NCBI GenBank assembly: GCA_965208615.1
Contig: CBDBPB010000004.1
Location: forward strand, 384,001-448,000
Length of the DNA stretch: 64,000 nucleotides
Direction of reading: 5' to 3'
Source: Spirochaetota bacterium
GTDB lineage: Bacteria; Spirochaetota; UBA6919; CBDBPB01
The position numbers were made by a program, and so were the translations under genes. Under the pieces are notes generated by a model. It did no database searches. It had not been told where the DNA came from and saw only the letters and a program-made list of their open reading frames with translations. Below are positions 50,057 to 60,331 of the stretch, piece by piece. The first letter of the stretch is position 1. Each line of letters starts with the position of its first letter.

Positions 50057-51230
50057 ATGGTAAAGTATATTTCTTTATTAGTGTTAATAATTAACATTTT
50101 CTTTGCTTGTGAGGAAAAGTCAAAAGCTGTTAAAAAAACCAACGATAAAGACTATAAACATTCAAATGAAGAATATCTTAATAAGCTTACCAATAATATG
50201 TTTGCAAAAGATGCAAGTAAACATATTAAGGGTAAGAAAGATAAGCAGTTAGATGATAGTAGCTGGATAATATTGATTAATAACCATAAAATAGCTAAAA
50301 TAAGAATTTGAAAATAGCTATAATAGATTTATTAGGCAAGCTGGTATAAGGATACCCAAAGAAAAATTCCTAAACTTTTTTTTGTTAAACTACTCAATAA
50401 AGAAAAAAGCTAATGCTTACTTTTCTTCAAGAAAGAAATTACTAAAGTTTGTTAGAACTCCAAGCAGTAATAAGGGAATATTTAAAAACGTTTATATCAA
50501 AACGAAAAATTAAAAAGCCTTCTTATGAAAAGCTTAAACAATTTTATAGTGTGCTTATTAGAGAAAAAGGCTTTAGACATCTTAATTTTAAAAAAGATAA
50601 AAAAAAGATTAGACTTTTATATAAAAAATCAAAAACTAAATCAAGAGTATGCCTTTTTGGAACAAAAACTTATTGGTAAATTTAGGGTTATCAAAAATGA
50701 TGAGTGGGAAAATGGCATTATTGAAAAGTATATCAATAACAAAATTAATCTCAAAAAGGCCTTGGCTAGTAAATATAAAGAGTATTGGCTATTTCGTATT
50801 GTTACTAAAAAACCATCTAGACAAAAAGAACTAATAATAACCTTAAAAATAAAAGCTCAAAATATATTATAAAGCAGGCTTATTATGTTAAAGATGTTGA
50901 AAAATAAAATTAAAATGTTAGGCTTAAGCGGTCTTAACCCTTTATTAGTAAAGAAGTTTTAGACGGAATATTAATGTTAGAAAAATGATTATAAACTCAT
51001 TCCTTACCGAAATATTGGCATATAACCTGTTAAAAAAGACTAGGATGCTTTATAACAAGAGTTATAGAAAAGTAGCTTATAATGCTGAACAAAATTTTAT
51101 GATTAACTATTACATAAAAAATGTCTTAAAGTTGAGAACAGAAAGTGCTAAGCAAGAGTATATTTGGAATTTCATTAATAACAATAAGATAACTCTTAAT
51201 AAAGGTTATTTTTATAATAGTAAACCCTAG
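50057..51230 (+). CDS. Second SurA-N-like lipoprotein, paralog of the upstream gene, split by several frameshifts
   Basis: Lipobox FFAC; WIILINNHKI, IKKPSYEKLKQFY, KEYWLFRI and FLTEILAY..INYYIK lie in four overlapping reading frames that parallel the 48725 protein. Confidence 0.55.
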
Positions 51231-51250
51231 ATTAAATGTTGGTTTGAATC

Positions 51251-51894
51251 ATGATTTATTTAATTCTTTTTTTGATTAGCTATATTATAGGATCTATCCC
51301 CAGCGCTTTTTTGATTGGTAAAAAGGTTAGGGGCATTGATATTAGCGATCATGGTAGTGGGAATGTTGGTGCTACTAATGTACTCAGGGTTTTAGGAAAG
51401 AAATGGGGAGCTTTAGTTTTAGGGATTGGACGTATTTAAGGGTATATACTAGCCAGTTCTTATAGCTAAGATTGTTTTGGATGACTATCATGGCCTATAT
51501 TTAAACTGGGTATTTCTTGGTGTTGGCGGAGGAGCTTTTTTAGGTCATCTATTTCCTTGTTGGTTAAAGTTTAAAGGTGGAAAAGGTGTGTGGCTGTAGC
51601 TGCCGGAGTATTTTTAGTATTGGCTCCTATTGAAGTCCTTTATTGCTCTATTTTATTTTTATAATCGTTACTAGTATTACAAAGTATGTCTCTTTAGGTT
51701 CTATGGTTTCTGCTTTTATCTTACCTGTCATGATTTCTCTTAATTTTTCTGGAAATAAATGGGTAGAACAGCTGCCATATTTAATTGCCTCTAGTATAAT
51801 ATGCGTTTTAGTTATTTTTATGCATAGGAAAAATATTGTACGTCTATTAAAAGGAAACGAAGATAAGGTTTTTTCTGCTAACAAAGGCTTATAA
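51251..51894 (+). CDS. plsY: Glycerol-3-phosphate acyltransferase PlsY (frameshifted)
   Basis: [30 protein letters not shown]; after correction [44 protein letters not shown]. Extra bases at about 51422 (ggg), 51450, 51588 (gtgtgt) and 51640. Confidence 0.92.
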
Positions 51895-52173
51895 TTTGAG
51901 GTTTTTTATAAAGAATTTTTAACTTTAATATAAAAACTTTTCAGCTGTTATAAACGATTTGTAGAGTACAGGTCATTTTGTTAATAAAATATAACATGTA
52001 TATGATAGTTTAAATTTGATTAATATAAATCGATAATATTATTATCAATTTATGATTGAGTATATCTTAACAAATAAAAATCCCTTAGAATGCTGAAAGA
52101 GTTTAGGTACTAATTAATAGTAGGTTGTTTAGCATAGCAACTTTAAATATGCTAATAAAGGTTTTTTTTTTGT

Positions 52174-52202
52174 TTGACAAAAGGATTATATTATAATATT
52201 AT
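52174..52202 (+). promoter_or_regulatory. Putative sigma70 promoter of the che operon
   Basis: TTGACA (52174-52179), 17 bp, TATTAT (52197-52202); about 340 bp upstream of the cheA start. Confidence 0.5.
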
Positions 52203-52545
52203 ATAATTATAAGGTTAATAAGAAATCATAAAATAATATATATATATTTATTTTTTTGTAAATGCTCTACTATATAGGCTTTTGGGTAGCTTTTTTACAT
52301 ACTAATTTGTAAAAGTAAAAAAAAGACTTTATACATAGGTTATTGTTTATAATATTTTATAGTGGTTTCTTAGTATAAAAGTTTTTTTGGGGTGTATATA
52401 TTTATATATTTTAAAATCAGAAGAGTCATATAGACTTATAGTGAATTATCCCAAACCTTATAAGTCATCTTTTAATTTTTGAATATGTTAAAAATATAAC
52501 ATAAGGACTAATATTTTTTTATTGTTTAATTAGGAACCTTAATTT

Positions 52546-55265
52546 ATGGATGATGCACAATTTTTAGAAGAGCTTAAAAAAGACTTTTTTGATGAAGCAC
52601 AAAGCTTTATTGATATATTGGAGTCTAATATCCTAATTTTAGAAAAGGATCCAACAAATGAAGAAGCCATTAATGAAATATTTAGGGCCGGCCCATACTC
52701 TAAAAGGCGGCTCATCTACTTTAGATCTTGAATAGAATTGCCAATTTTACCCACGACATGGAAGACTTATTAGATGATGTTAGAGGAGGTAAAATACCTT
52801 TAACCCCCAATATTATAGATATACTTTTAAAATCAATAGATATAGTAAAAACACTTTTGAATGACAGCCTAGAAGGACATGAACGAGAAACAGGATATGA
52901 AAATGAAGTTATTGAGTTAATAAAGGCTGTTTTAAAAGGTGACTCCAGTAAAGAAGATAGCGTTGATGACATAGATAAGGCTAAGATTGAAGACAGTAAA
53001 CCTAAAACTAAGTTAGCATTTAATGAATATGAAAGATTTTTAATTAAGAATGCTTACTTAAAAGGATATTCTGTTTATGAGGTATATATTCGTTTAAATA
53101 GCTCTAACCCTATGAAAACGGTTAGTGGACTCCAGGTGCACTCTCAGATTAAGGAGGTGGCTGATATATTAAAAAGTTCCCCTGATATTGATGACTTAAT
53201 GAGTGATCAATTTTATGAGGAAGTATTATTTATAGTTCAGTCAACTGCTAGTCGTGATGAGGTTTATTCAAAAGTATTTTTAAGTGATGTTACTGATCTT
53301 GTTGAGGTTTCTGATTTTAGCGAAGATTTTGATATTGATAAAGATAAAGATAAAGATAAAGAGTTAGTTGACCATAAGACTGAGTGCAAGATGGTGCTAA
53401 CTAATGATGATCTTAGTACCATAAAGTCTTTTTTACAAAAAGGATCAAGGGTATTTAAGATCTTAGTTGTTTTTGATGAAACAAATCCCATGAGGGGGGT
53501 TAGCGGAGTTCTTTTTTATACTATGCTTAAAACAAAAGGAGATGTATTAAGGTCTATCCCAACTTATGACGACTTTAAAGAGGATACCTTTTATGATAAA
53601 GGGGAGTTTATTTTAGTTACTAATAGTAACATTGATGAACTAAGAGCAAAGCTATATTTAAGTGATGTAACTATTACCTTAAAATTTCAAGAGTTTGAAA
53701 AGGATATGGCTGATGAAACTATAGCCCCCGACTCTACTGAAGTAAAACCTATACCTAATGAGAAAAAGCCTGGTGATACTAAACCCTCAGTACCGTTAGA
53801 TAAGTCACTTTCTGTAGAGGCTTCTTCTATTAAACCAATTATTTCACAGTCTCCTAATAGAAAAAGTATTACAAGTGTTTTGAGAGTGGAAAGCTCTCGA
53901 ATTGATGAAATGCTAAACTTGGTTGGAGAGCTGGTTATTATAAAAGCAAGTTTTAGTCAGCTTAATGATGATAACTTAGCTATTTTTGATGATCTTATTA
54001 CCTTAAACGTACAGTATAAGGATTTTATTAGGCAGCTATTAGACGATATTGATGAGATCCTTAAGAAAACAGAAACTGATGATGATAAAGCTGGTGAATA
54101 TGTTGAGAAGTTAAAAAAAATAGAACTTCAAGATAGAATAGAACCTATAATTGGACATTTTGATAAAGTTTTCCCTAAATATCGTGAGGTACAAGAAAAA
54201 CTAAAAAGATCCACCCAAAACCTTGGCAGGATAACTGACGATCTACAAGAAAGTGTTATGAAAGTTAGGATGGTTCCTATTAATCAGATATTTAGTAGGT
54301 TTCCGCGTCTAATAAGGGATATTTCTAAAAATCTTAATAAGAATATTAATTTATCCATGTATGGTGAAGATACTGAGCTTGACAAGAGTGTTGTAGAGGA
54401 TTTAGTTGATCCTCTTATTCATATTGTAAGAAATGCAGTAGATCATGGTATTGAGCTTCCTGATGAGAGAATTAAAAAAGGTAAAGAAGAAACTGGATCT
54501 GTTGAGTTAAAAGCAGAACATGAAGGTAATACTGTTGCCATTTCTATTAAGGATGACGGTAGAGGTCTAAGTCTTTCTAAGATACGTAAAAAAGCTATAG
54601 ATAATAAGTTAATTGAGGCTAATCAAGAGTTAAGTAATGAGGAGCTTGTTAATCTTATATTCCATCCCGGTTTTTCTACTGCTACTGAGGTGACTTCTAT
54701 TTCTGGTAGAGGAGTAGGCTTGGATGTAGTAAAAAAGAAAATTGAAAATATTGGTGGTGCTATTGAGATCACTTCAGAAGAAGGAAAAGGAAGTAATTTT
54801 GGAATAAAAATACCCCTTACACTGGCTATTATTCAGGCTCTTTTAGTCCAAGTTAACAACTATATTTATTCTATACCTATAAACTCTGTTCTTGAGACTT
54901 TAAGAGTTTCTCCTGAGGATGTTAAACTATTAGAAAATACTGAAGTTATTAGAGTAAGAGAGGAAATATTATCACTGGTTCAACTGGACTATTTATTTAA
55001 ACATCGTTTAGCAGAAAGAGAAGGTGGAAGCTTTTATGTTATAGTTGTTGGGATCTCTGGTAAAAAAATGGCCTTAGGTGTAGATAGTTTATTAGGTGAG
55101 CAGGATGTAGTAATTAAACCTTTAAATAATAGATATACTAATGTAAAAGGAATTGCTGGAGCTACCATACTAGGCGATGGACAAATTAGCTTGGTACTGG
55201 ATGTTGGAGGTATATTTCATTTAGTAAGTACACAAAAAAGAAAGTTATATGATATACAAGCTTAA
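52546..55265 (+). CDS. cheA: Chemotaxis histidine kinase CheA (two +1 frameshifts in the Hpt domain)
   Basis: Removing one base at about 52690 and one at about 52730 restores INEIFRAAHTLKGGSSTLDLNRIANFTHDMED. Two P2-like domains, LRVESSRIDEMLNLVGELVI, VRMVPI, HIVRNAVDHGIE, DDGRG, GFST..SGRGVGLDVV, CheW-like P5. Confidence 0.96.
53337..53360 (+). repeat. In-frame hexamer microsatellite (GATAAA)4 encoding DKDKDKDK in the CheA linker
   Basis: gataaa repeated four times at 53337-53360. Confidence 0.85.
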
Positions 55266-55276
55266 TAGGTAAACCA

Positions 55277-56587
55277 ATGTCAGCTATATTATCAACGATT
55301 AACCAATTAGTTACTTTTCAGTTAGAGAGTGATATTCTGGGTGTTGACATTATGCATACTCAAGAGATCCTCAGCTTAGGTAACCTTAGAAAAGTTCCAA
55401 ACTCCCCTTTTTATTTTGACGGAATGCTAGATCTTAGAGGAACTGTTCTCCCTGTTATCAATTTTAAAAAACTATTTAACTTTGGAACATTTGATTTATC
55501 CCGTGATAAGGGAATTGTCATTATTAAAGATGATAATAAAAAGTGTTTTGGGGTTATTATTGATGAGATTTTACGTGTAGTTAACATTGAAAAGGCTAAA
55601 GTAAAAAAGATACCAGAAAGCTTTTCTAAATCTCTTAAGCAATATATTTCCGGAGTAGTTGAGGTAGAGAATGAATTAATCTCTATTTTGGATATTAAAG
55701 CTATTTTTCAAACTGTTGTTAAAGATCTTGGGAAAAATGCTGAAGATGATCAGGTTTTTTTAGATTTTCGTAGGGATAAATTTAAGCTACTTGATACTGA
55801 AGAAGAAAAACAAATTTATCACTTTTTAGATTCTTTTGGCGTTAAACAGAATATGGTAACTAGTATTGGAGCAAAAAATTATTTTTCAAGAATGAGAATT
55901 AATACTAATCTACCTATAGATGTTGTACTTAATGACTTTAAAACTTCTCTTGCAGAAAAAGCATATAATGTTTTGGCTTTCAAAAAAAGTATAGAATTTT
56001 TTGATTATTATAATGATTATTTTAATTTTTTAGCTATTTTAGAAAGTGTGATTTTACCTATTAAGAAAAAACAAGGATTATTAAATATAAAAATTGTTAA
56101 CCTGCAGTGTGGAAAAGGTTTTGAATGCTATTCTATTCTTTTTATCTTGAAGGCATTCATTCCTAATTTTTCTAAGTGGAACATAGAAATTATAGCTTTT
56201 AATGACGATTATAATGAGTTATCCTTTGCAAGTGAAGGACTTTATCAAGAGGAATACTTATTAAAAGTTAGCAATTGCGATTACGATAACTTTTTCTATA
56301 AAGAAAAAGAAGGGTATAAGGTTAAAGATGAGCTTAGGAAAATGATAAAATTTAGGTTTGGCACAGTAAAAAACTTTGAACCTGTAAAAAATGTTGATTT
56401 ATTTTTTTGCCGGGGAGTTTTTGCTAAATTAGGTGACAATGTTATTAGGAGAGTAGTTCTGTCTATAAAGGAATCTTTAGGTATAAATGGTATTTTACTA
56501 CTTGGCGAATTAGAAGATTTACTTTATATAAATCAACCTTTAGTAAGTAGGGAAATTAACGGAAGAAAGTTTTATTTAAATGTTTAG
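55277..56587 (+). CDS. cheW: CheW-CheR-like fusion (spirochaete CheW3 type)
   Basis: N-terminal CheW (QLVTFQL, KVPNSP..GMLDLRGTVLPVI, FGVIID). C-terminal degenerate CheR fold (IVNLQCGKGFECYSI, FASEGLY, YKVKDELRKMIKF, VDLFFCRGV, GILLLG). Confidence 0.9.
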   Translation: MSAILSTINQLVTFQLESDILGVDIMHTQEILSLGNLRKVPNSPFYFDGMLDLRGTVLPVINFKKLFNFGTFDLSRDKGIVIIKDDNKKCFGVIIDEILRVVNIEKAKVKKIPESFSKSLKQYISGVVEVENELISILDIKAIFQTVVKDLGKNAEDDQVFLDFRRDKFKLLDTEEEKQIYHFLDSFGVKQNMVTSIGAKNYFSRMRINTNLPIDVVLNDFKTSLAEKAYNVLAFKKSIEFFDYYNDYFNFLAILESVILPIKKKQGLLNIKIVNLQCGKGFECYSILFILKAFIPNFSKWNIEIIAFNDDYNELSFASEGLYQEEYLLKVSNCDYDNFFYKEKEGYKVKDELRKMIKFRFGTVKNFEPVKNVDLFFCRGVFAKLGDNVIRRVVLSIKESLGINGILLLGELEDLLYINQPLVSREINGRKFYLNV

Positions 56588-56601
56588 GATGGAGAAATGT
56601 T

Positions 56602-57072
56602 ATGAGGTTAGAATATATTAATCCATTTTTAGAAGCTTCTTGCGATATTTTAGAAGAAGTTTTAGAAACAAAAGTCAAAAAAGAAGAGCTATTCTTAAAA
56701 GATACAACTATACCTATTCTGGGTGTTGCTGTACTCATTGGCTTAACTGGGAGTGTCAGAGGACGGGTTCTTCTCGATATGGATATGGAAACTGCTTTAA
56801 AAATATCGTCCAAGATGAATAATGAAAAGATTAGTAATTTTGATAATCTTAGTAAGGCTACTATTAGTGAGTTAGCTAATATGATTGGAGGTAGAGCTAT
56901 TACTAGTTTACATAATGAAGGATTTTCTTTTCAGGTATCCCCGCCCAGTATTTTTACTGGAACAAATATGGAGATAACTTCACATTCGTTAGAGGCATTT
57001 ATTGTTCCCTTAAGTACGCCTTTCGGAAAAATAGAGGTAAATGTTGCTGTCAAAGAGAGAGAAGATTTTTAA
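56602..57072 (+). CDS. cheX: Chemotaxis phosphatase CheX
   Basis: MRLEYINPF, GVAVLIGLTGSVRGRV, ISELANMIGG (E-x2-N), VSPPSIFTG, PFGKIEVNVA. Confidence 0.96.
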   Translation: MRLEYINPFLEASCDILEEVLETKVKKEELFLKDTTIPILGVAVLIGLTGSVRGRVLLDMDMETALKISSKMNNEKISNFDNLSKATISELANMIGGRAITSLHNEGFSFQVSPPSIFTGTNMEITSHSLEAFIVPLSTPFGKIEVNVAVKEREDF

Positions 57073-57096
57073 AATAAAGCTATAGGAGAAGAGTAT

Positions 57097-57528
57097 ATGT
57101 CTTCATCAGATTATATAAATATTAACGAAAGCCCACCTGAGGGACTTAAAGAAGATGGTACTAACTATAAAATAATGGTAGTTGACGATTCTATGTTTGT
57201 TACTAAACAGTTAAGTCAGATATTGCAATCTGAGGAGTATGAGGTAATTGCTATAGCAGAGAATGGTGAGGCGGCATTAGATAAGTATAAATCTTTATAT
57301 CCTAGTATTGATCTGGTAACCATGGATATTACAATGCCAAAGATGGATGGTATTGAATGCTTAAAAAGAATTATTGAATTTGATAAAAGTGCTAAGATTA
57401 TAATGATTAGTGCCATTGGAAAGCAGGACCTTGTAAAGGAGTCATTGCTAATAGGGGCTAAGAATTATATTGTTAAGCCTCTTAACAGAACTAAAGTATT
57501 AGAAAGAATTAAGAATGCCTTATCCTGA
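57097..57528 (+). CDS. cheY: Chemotaxis response regulator CheY
   Basis: MVVDDS, LVTMDITMPKMDG, MISA, YIVKP; N-terminal extension as in spirochaete CheY; follows cheX. Confidence 0.93.
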   Translation: MSSSDYININESPPEGLKEDGTNYKIMVVDDSMFVTKQLSQILQSEEYEVIAIAENGEAALDKYKSLYPSIDLVTMDITMPKMDGIECLKRIIEFDKSAKIIMISAIGKQDLVKESLLIGAKNYIVKPLNRTKVLERIKNALS

Positions 57529-57531
57529 TTA

Positions 57532-58485
57532 ATGAATAAGCGGCTTGCCATTGGAATAGATATTGGAGGCACTTTTATTAAAGGTGCTGTTGTTGATAAT
57601 GAAGGTATAGTTCTTGAGAAGATAATTATTCCTACTTATGCTAAAGATGATGTTCAGTCCATTTTTAATAACATTTTAAAATCTATTAAATTGCTTTTAA
57701 AAAACCGTAATAATATTAGTGGTATTGGAATAGGTATACCTGGTAATTTTGATAAACATTGCGGGACTATTGAAGGATGTTATAATATTCCTAGTTTAGT
57801 TGGTTTTCCTATTATCCAAAAGATAAAAGAACATTTTAAACATTCCATATTTATTGATAATGATGCTACCAATGCGGTTAAGGGCGAGTTCCTTTTTGGA
57901 GCAGGTAGAAAAACTGATAGTTTAGTTATGTATACCTTAGGAACTGGTATTGGAGGAGGTATTATACTCAATAATAGGGTATTCCATGGGATTACTAATC
58001 AAGCTGGTGAAGTTGGACACATGATTCTATATCCCAATGGAATGTTATGTACTTGTGGAGCTTATGGGTGTTTTGAGGCTTATGCGTCTACTAATGCTAT
58101 GATCAGCTATGCTAAACAGGCTGTTAAACGTAACTTACAAACGAGGTTAAGGAATAGAAATATCGATGATATCGATGGAAAGGTTATTTGTCAGTTAGCC
58201 GAAGAGAATGATTTAGTTTGTATAGATATAATTAATAGGATTTCTTCATATATTGCTATTGCCAGTACTAGTATTATTAATTTCCTAAACATTTCGCTTA
58301 TTGTTATTGGAGGTGGAATCTCTCAAGGTAGTACATTGCTTTTTAAAGCTATATATGATAATATGTATAACTTAGTTCTACCTAGGCTTAGGGATAGCTT
58401 TGCTGTTGTCAAGGCTGAACTTGGTAATGATGCTGGAATGGTTGGTTCTGCGTCATCCATTTTCATAGAGGATGTGTTGTATTAG
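57532..58485 (+). CDS. ROK-family sugar kinase (glucokinase-like)
   Basis: IGIDIGGT, GIGIPG, DNDA, TLGTGIGGG, AGEVGH, CTCGAYGCFEAYAS, LGNDAGMVG; no HTH domain. Confidence 0.93.
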   Translation: MNKRLAIGIDIGGTFIKGAVVDNEGIVLEKIIIPTYAKDDVQSIFNNILKSIKLLLKNRNNISGIGIGIPGNFDKHCGTIEGCYNIPSLVGFPIIQKIKEHFKHSIFIDNDATNAVKGEFLFGAGRKTDSLVMYTLGTGIGGGIILNNRVFHGITNQAGEVGHMILYPNGMLCTCGAYGCFEAYASTNAMISYAKQAVKRNLQTRLRNRNIDDIDGKVICQLAEENDLVCIDIINRISSYIAIASTSIINFLNISLIVIGGGISQGSTLLFKAIYDNMYNLVLPRLRDSFAVVKAELGNDAGMVGSASSIFIEDVLY

Positions 58486-58526
58486 CTTATAGAACTGTAT
58501 ATAAAAGTTTTTATTATAGGGGATAA

Positions 58527-59294
58527 ATGTCTAAAGATATTCTAGAACAAATACTAATAGATAAGCGAGCTGAGGTTGATAATTTAAAAAAGACTGCTAT
58601 TACTCGTAAAGATGATCTACACATTGATAAACCTTCATTTCTCCATGCTTTTAAGAAAGGAACTCCTGTTATAATAGGAGAAGTTAAGAAGGCCTCTCCT
58701 TCTAGAGGTATTATTAGGGATAATTTTAATCATATTGAAATTGCTAAGACCTATGAGAAAGCTGGAATAGGTGCTATATCCGTATTGACCGATGAAAAGT
58801 ATTTTATGGGGAATATTGCATATTTAAAAGAAATTAGAAAAGAGGTTAACCTTCCTTTATTGAGAAAGGATTTTATAATAGATCCTTATCAAATAGAAGA
58901 GGCATTTTATGCTGGTGCTAGTGCTATTCTGCTTATTGCCGCCATTCTTAGTGATAAAGAGATAAAAGAATATATTCACATGGCTGAAAGTTTATCTATA
59001 GATGTTCTTGTAGAGACGCATAATCAAGAAGATATTAATAAAGCTATTAACGCTGGAGCAAATATTATTGGAATAAATAATCGTGATTTAAGAACCTTCA
59101 AGACTGATATTAGCTTAACTCAGAAATTATTATATAATATACCAAAAGATAAAATTGTTATATCAGAAAGCGGAATAAATAAACCTTATGACATATCTTA
59201 TTTAACATCATTGGGTGTTGACGGCTTTTTAATTGGAGAGGCCTTTATGAAAGAAAATGATATTGAAAAAAAGATAAAAGAAATGCTTAATTAA
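58527..59294 (+). CDS. trpC: Indole-3-glycerol phosphate synthase
   Basis: IGEVKKASPSRG, ISVLTDEKYF, LLRKDFIIDPYQI, LVETH, IGINNRDL, ISESGI, FLIGEAFM. Confidence 0.98.
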   Translation: MSKDILEQILIDKRAEVDNLKKTAITRKDDLHIDKPSFLHAFKKGTPVIIGEVKKASPSRGIIRDNFNHIEIAKTYEKAGIGAISVLTDEKYFMGNIAYLKEIRKEVNLPLLRKDFIIDPYQIEEAFYAGASAILLIAAILSDKEIKEYIHMAESLSIDVLVETHNQEDINKAINAGANIIGINNRDLRTFKTDISLTQKLLYNIPKDKIVISESGINKPYDISYLTSLGVDGFLIGEAFMKENDIEKKIKEMLN

Positions 59295-59440
59295 GGGGGT
59301 TAAAAAGGGTTAAGTTTAATTACTTTACTTTTTTAATAAAAGGTATTATTATTATTTTATTATTAAAAGTTATAGTGTGGTTAACATAACACATGAAATA
59401 CATTATATATTTTGCTATACTGGTTTTTAGGTCTTAAGGG

Positions 59441-59626
59441 GTGTACATGATAAACAAAAATGATAAGGAATGGCTCGCCTCACTTGTTGCAGGGGGATTA
59501 ATTGGTGCTGGTTTGGTATTATTATTTGCTCCTCAGTCTGGTGATAAGACAGTGAAATCCATAAAAAGAATATCTAAAGATGTGAAAGACAGGGTAAACT
59601 TAACTCATTTTGTAAAGGAAATCTGA
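59441..59626 (+). CDS. YtxH-domain protein (short copy)
   Basis: LVAGGLIGAGLVLLFAPQSGDKT, the YtxH motif. Confidence 0.8.
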   Translation: MYMINKNDKEWLASLVAGGLIGAGLVLLFAPQSGDKTVKSIKRISKDVKDRVNLTHFVKEI

Positions 59627-59639
59627 TATAGGAGGATTT

Positions 59640-59924
59640 ATGAATGATAGAGCTGGAAGTAATGTTAGGGCATTTTTTATTGGAGGATTAATTGGGGCTG
59701 GATTAGCTCTTATTTTTGCACCAAGAAGTGGTAAAGAAACTAGAGAACATCTTAAAGAATATGTTAATGATTTAGAGGATAAGTTCAAATCTCAATATGC
59801 TGTTGCAAAAAAGACTGCCACCGAAGAGGTAGATAAAATAAAGCGTAAGACTAAAGCCGCTGTAGAGAAAGGTAAAGAGGCTTTTAGAGAAGAACTTGAC
59901 AAAAAAGAGACTGATAATATTTAG
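59640..59924 (+). CDS. YtxH-domain protein
   Basis: FFIGGLIGAGLALIFAPRSGKETREHL followed by a coiled-coil tail; AGGAGG RBS. Confidence 0.9.
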   Translation: MNDRAGSNVRAFFIGGLIGAGLALIFAPRSGKETREHLKEYVNDLEDKFKSQYAVAKKTATEEVDKIKRKTKAAVEKGKEAFREELDKKETDNI

Positions 59925-59943
59925 GTTATATTAAACTTACGAT

Positions 59944-60294
59944 ATGGCTATTGAAACTTCATTAGGGATAATTAGTATATCTTTGCTTGTACTAACTAGT
60001 TTAGTACTTGTTCTTATGTTTATAGTGCTATATCTTTTCCTTAAGATTTTACCTCTTATTAGTCAATCCAAAAAGGTATTAGATAATTTAAGGGCATCTA
60101 GTATTTATATTAGAAAAGAGATTCGTCATATTACAAAGACCATACATAAAATTACTAGTAGCACTAAAAACAGGTTCTACTCTTTTGATGAGACTATATC
60201 AAAGATTAACGATAGTGCTTATAGGTTGAATGCTCTTTTAAAGGGAGTTACATCCTCATTAGAGTACTTTTTTAAGAATAAAAAAGATAATTAG
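59944..60294 (+). CDS. DUF948/YtxG-like single-TM coiled-coil protein
   Basis: Long N-terminal hydrophobic helix followed by an amphipathic coil; adjacent to the ytxH genes. Confidence 0.6.
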   Translation: MAIETSLGIISISLLVLTSLVLVLMFIVLYLFLKILPLISQSKKVLDNLRASSIYIRKEIRHITKTIHKITSSTKNRFYSFDETISKINDSAYRLNALLKGVTSSLEYFFKNKKDN

Positions 60295-60331
60295 TTAATT
60301 ATGTCTTTTTTAAATATCACAATAATATATA

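Noticed and set aside
53337-53360. (GATAAA)4 as a contingency locus in cheA
   Set aside because: The unit is 6 bp, in frame, and lies in a flexible linker, so copy-number change would not switch expression.
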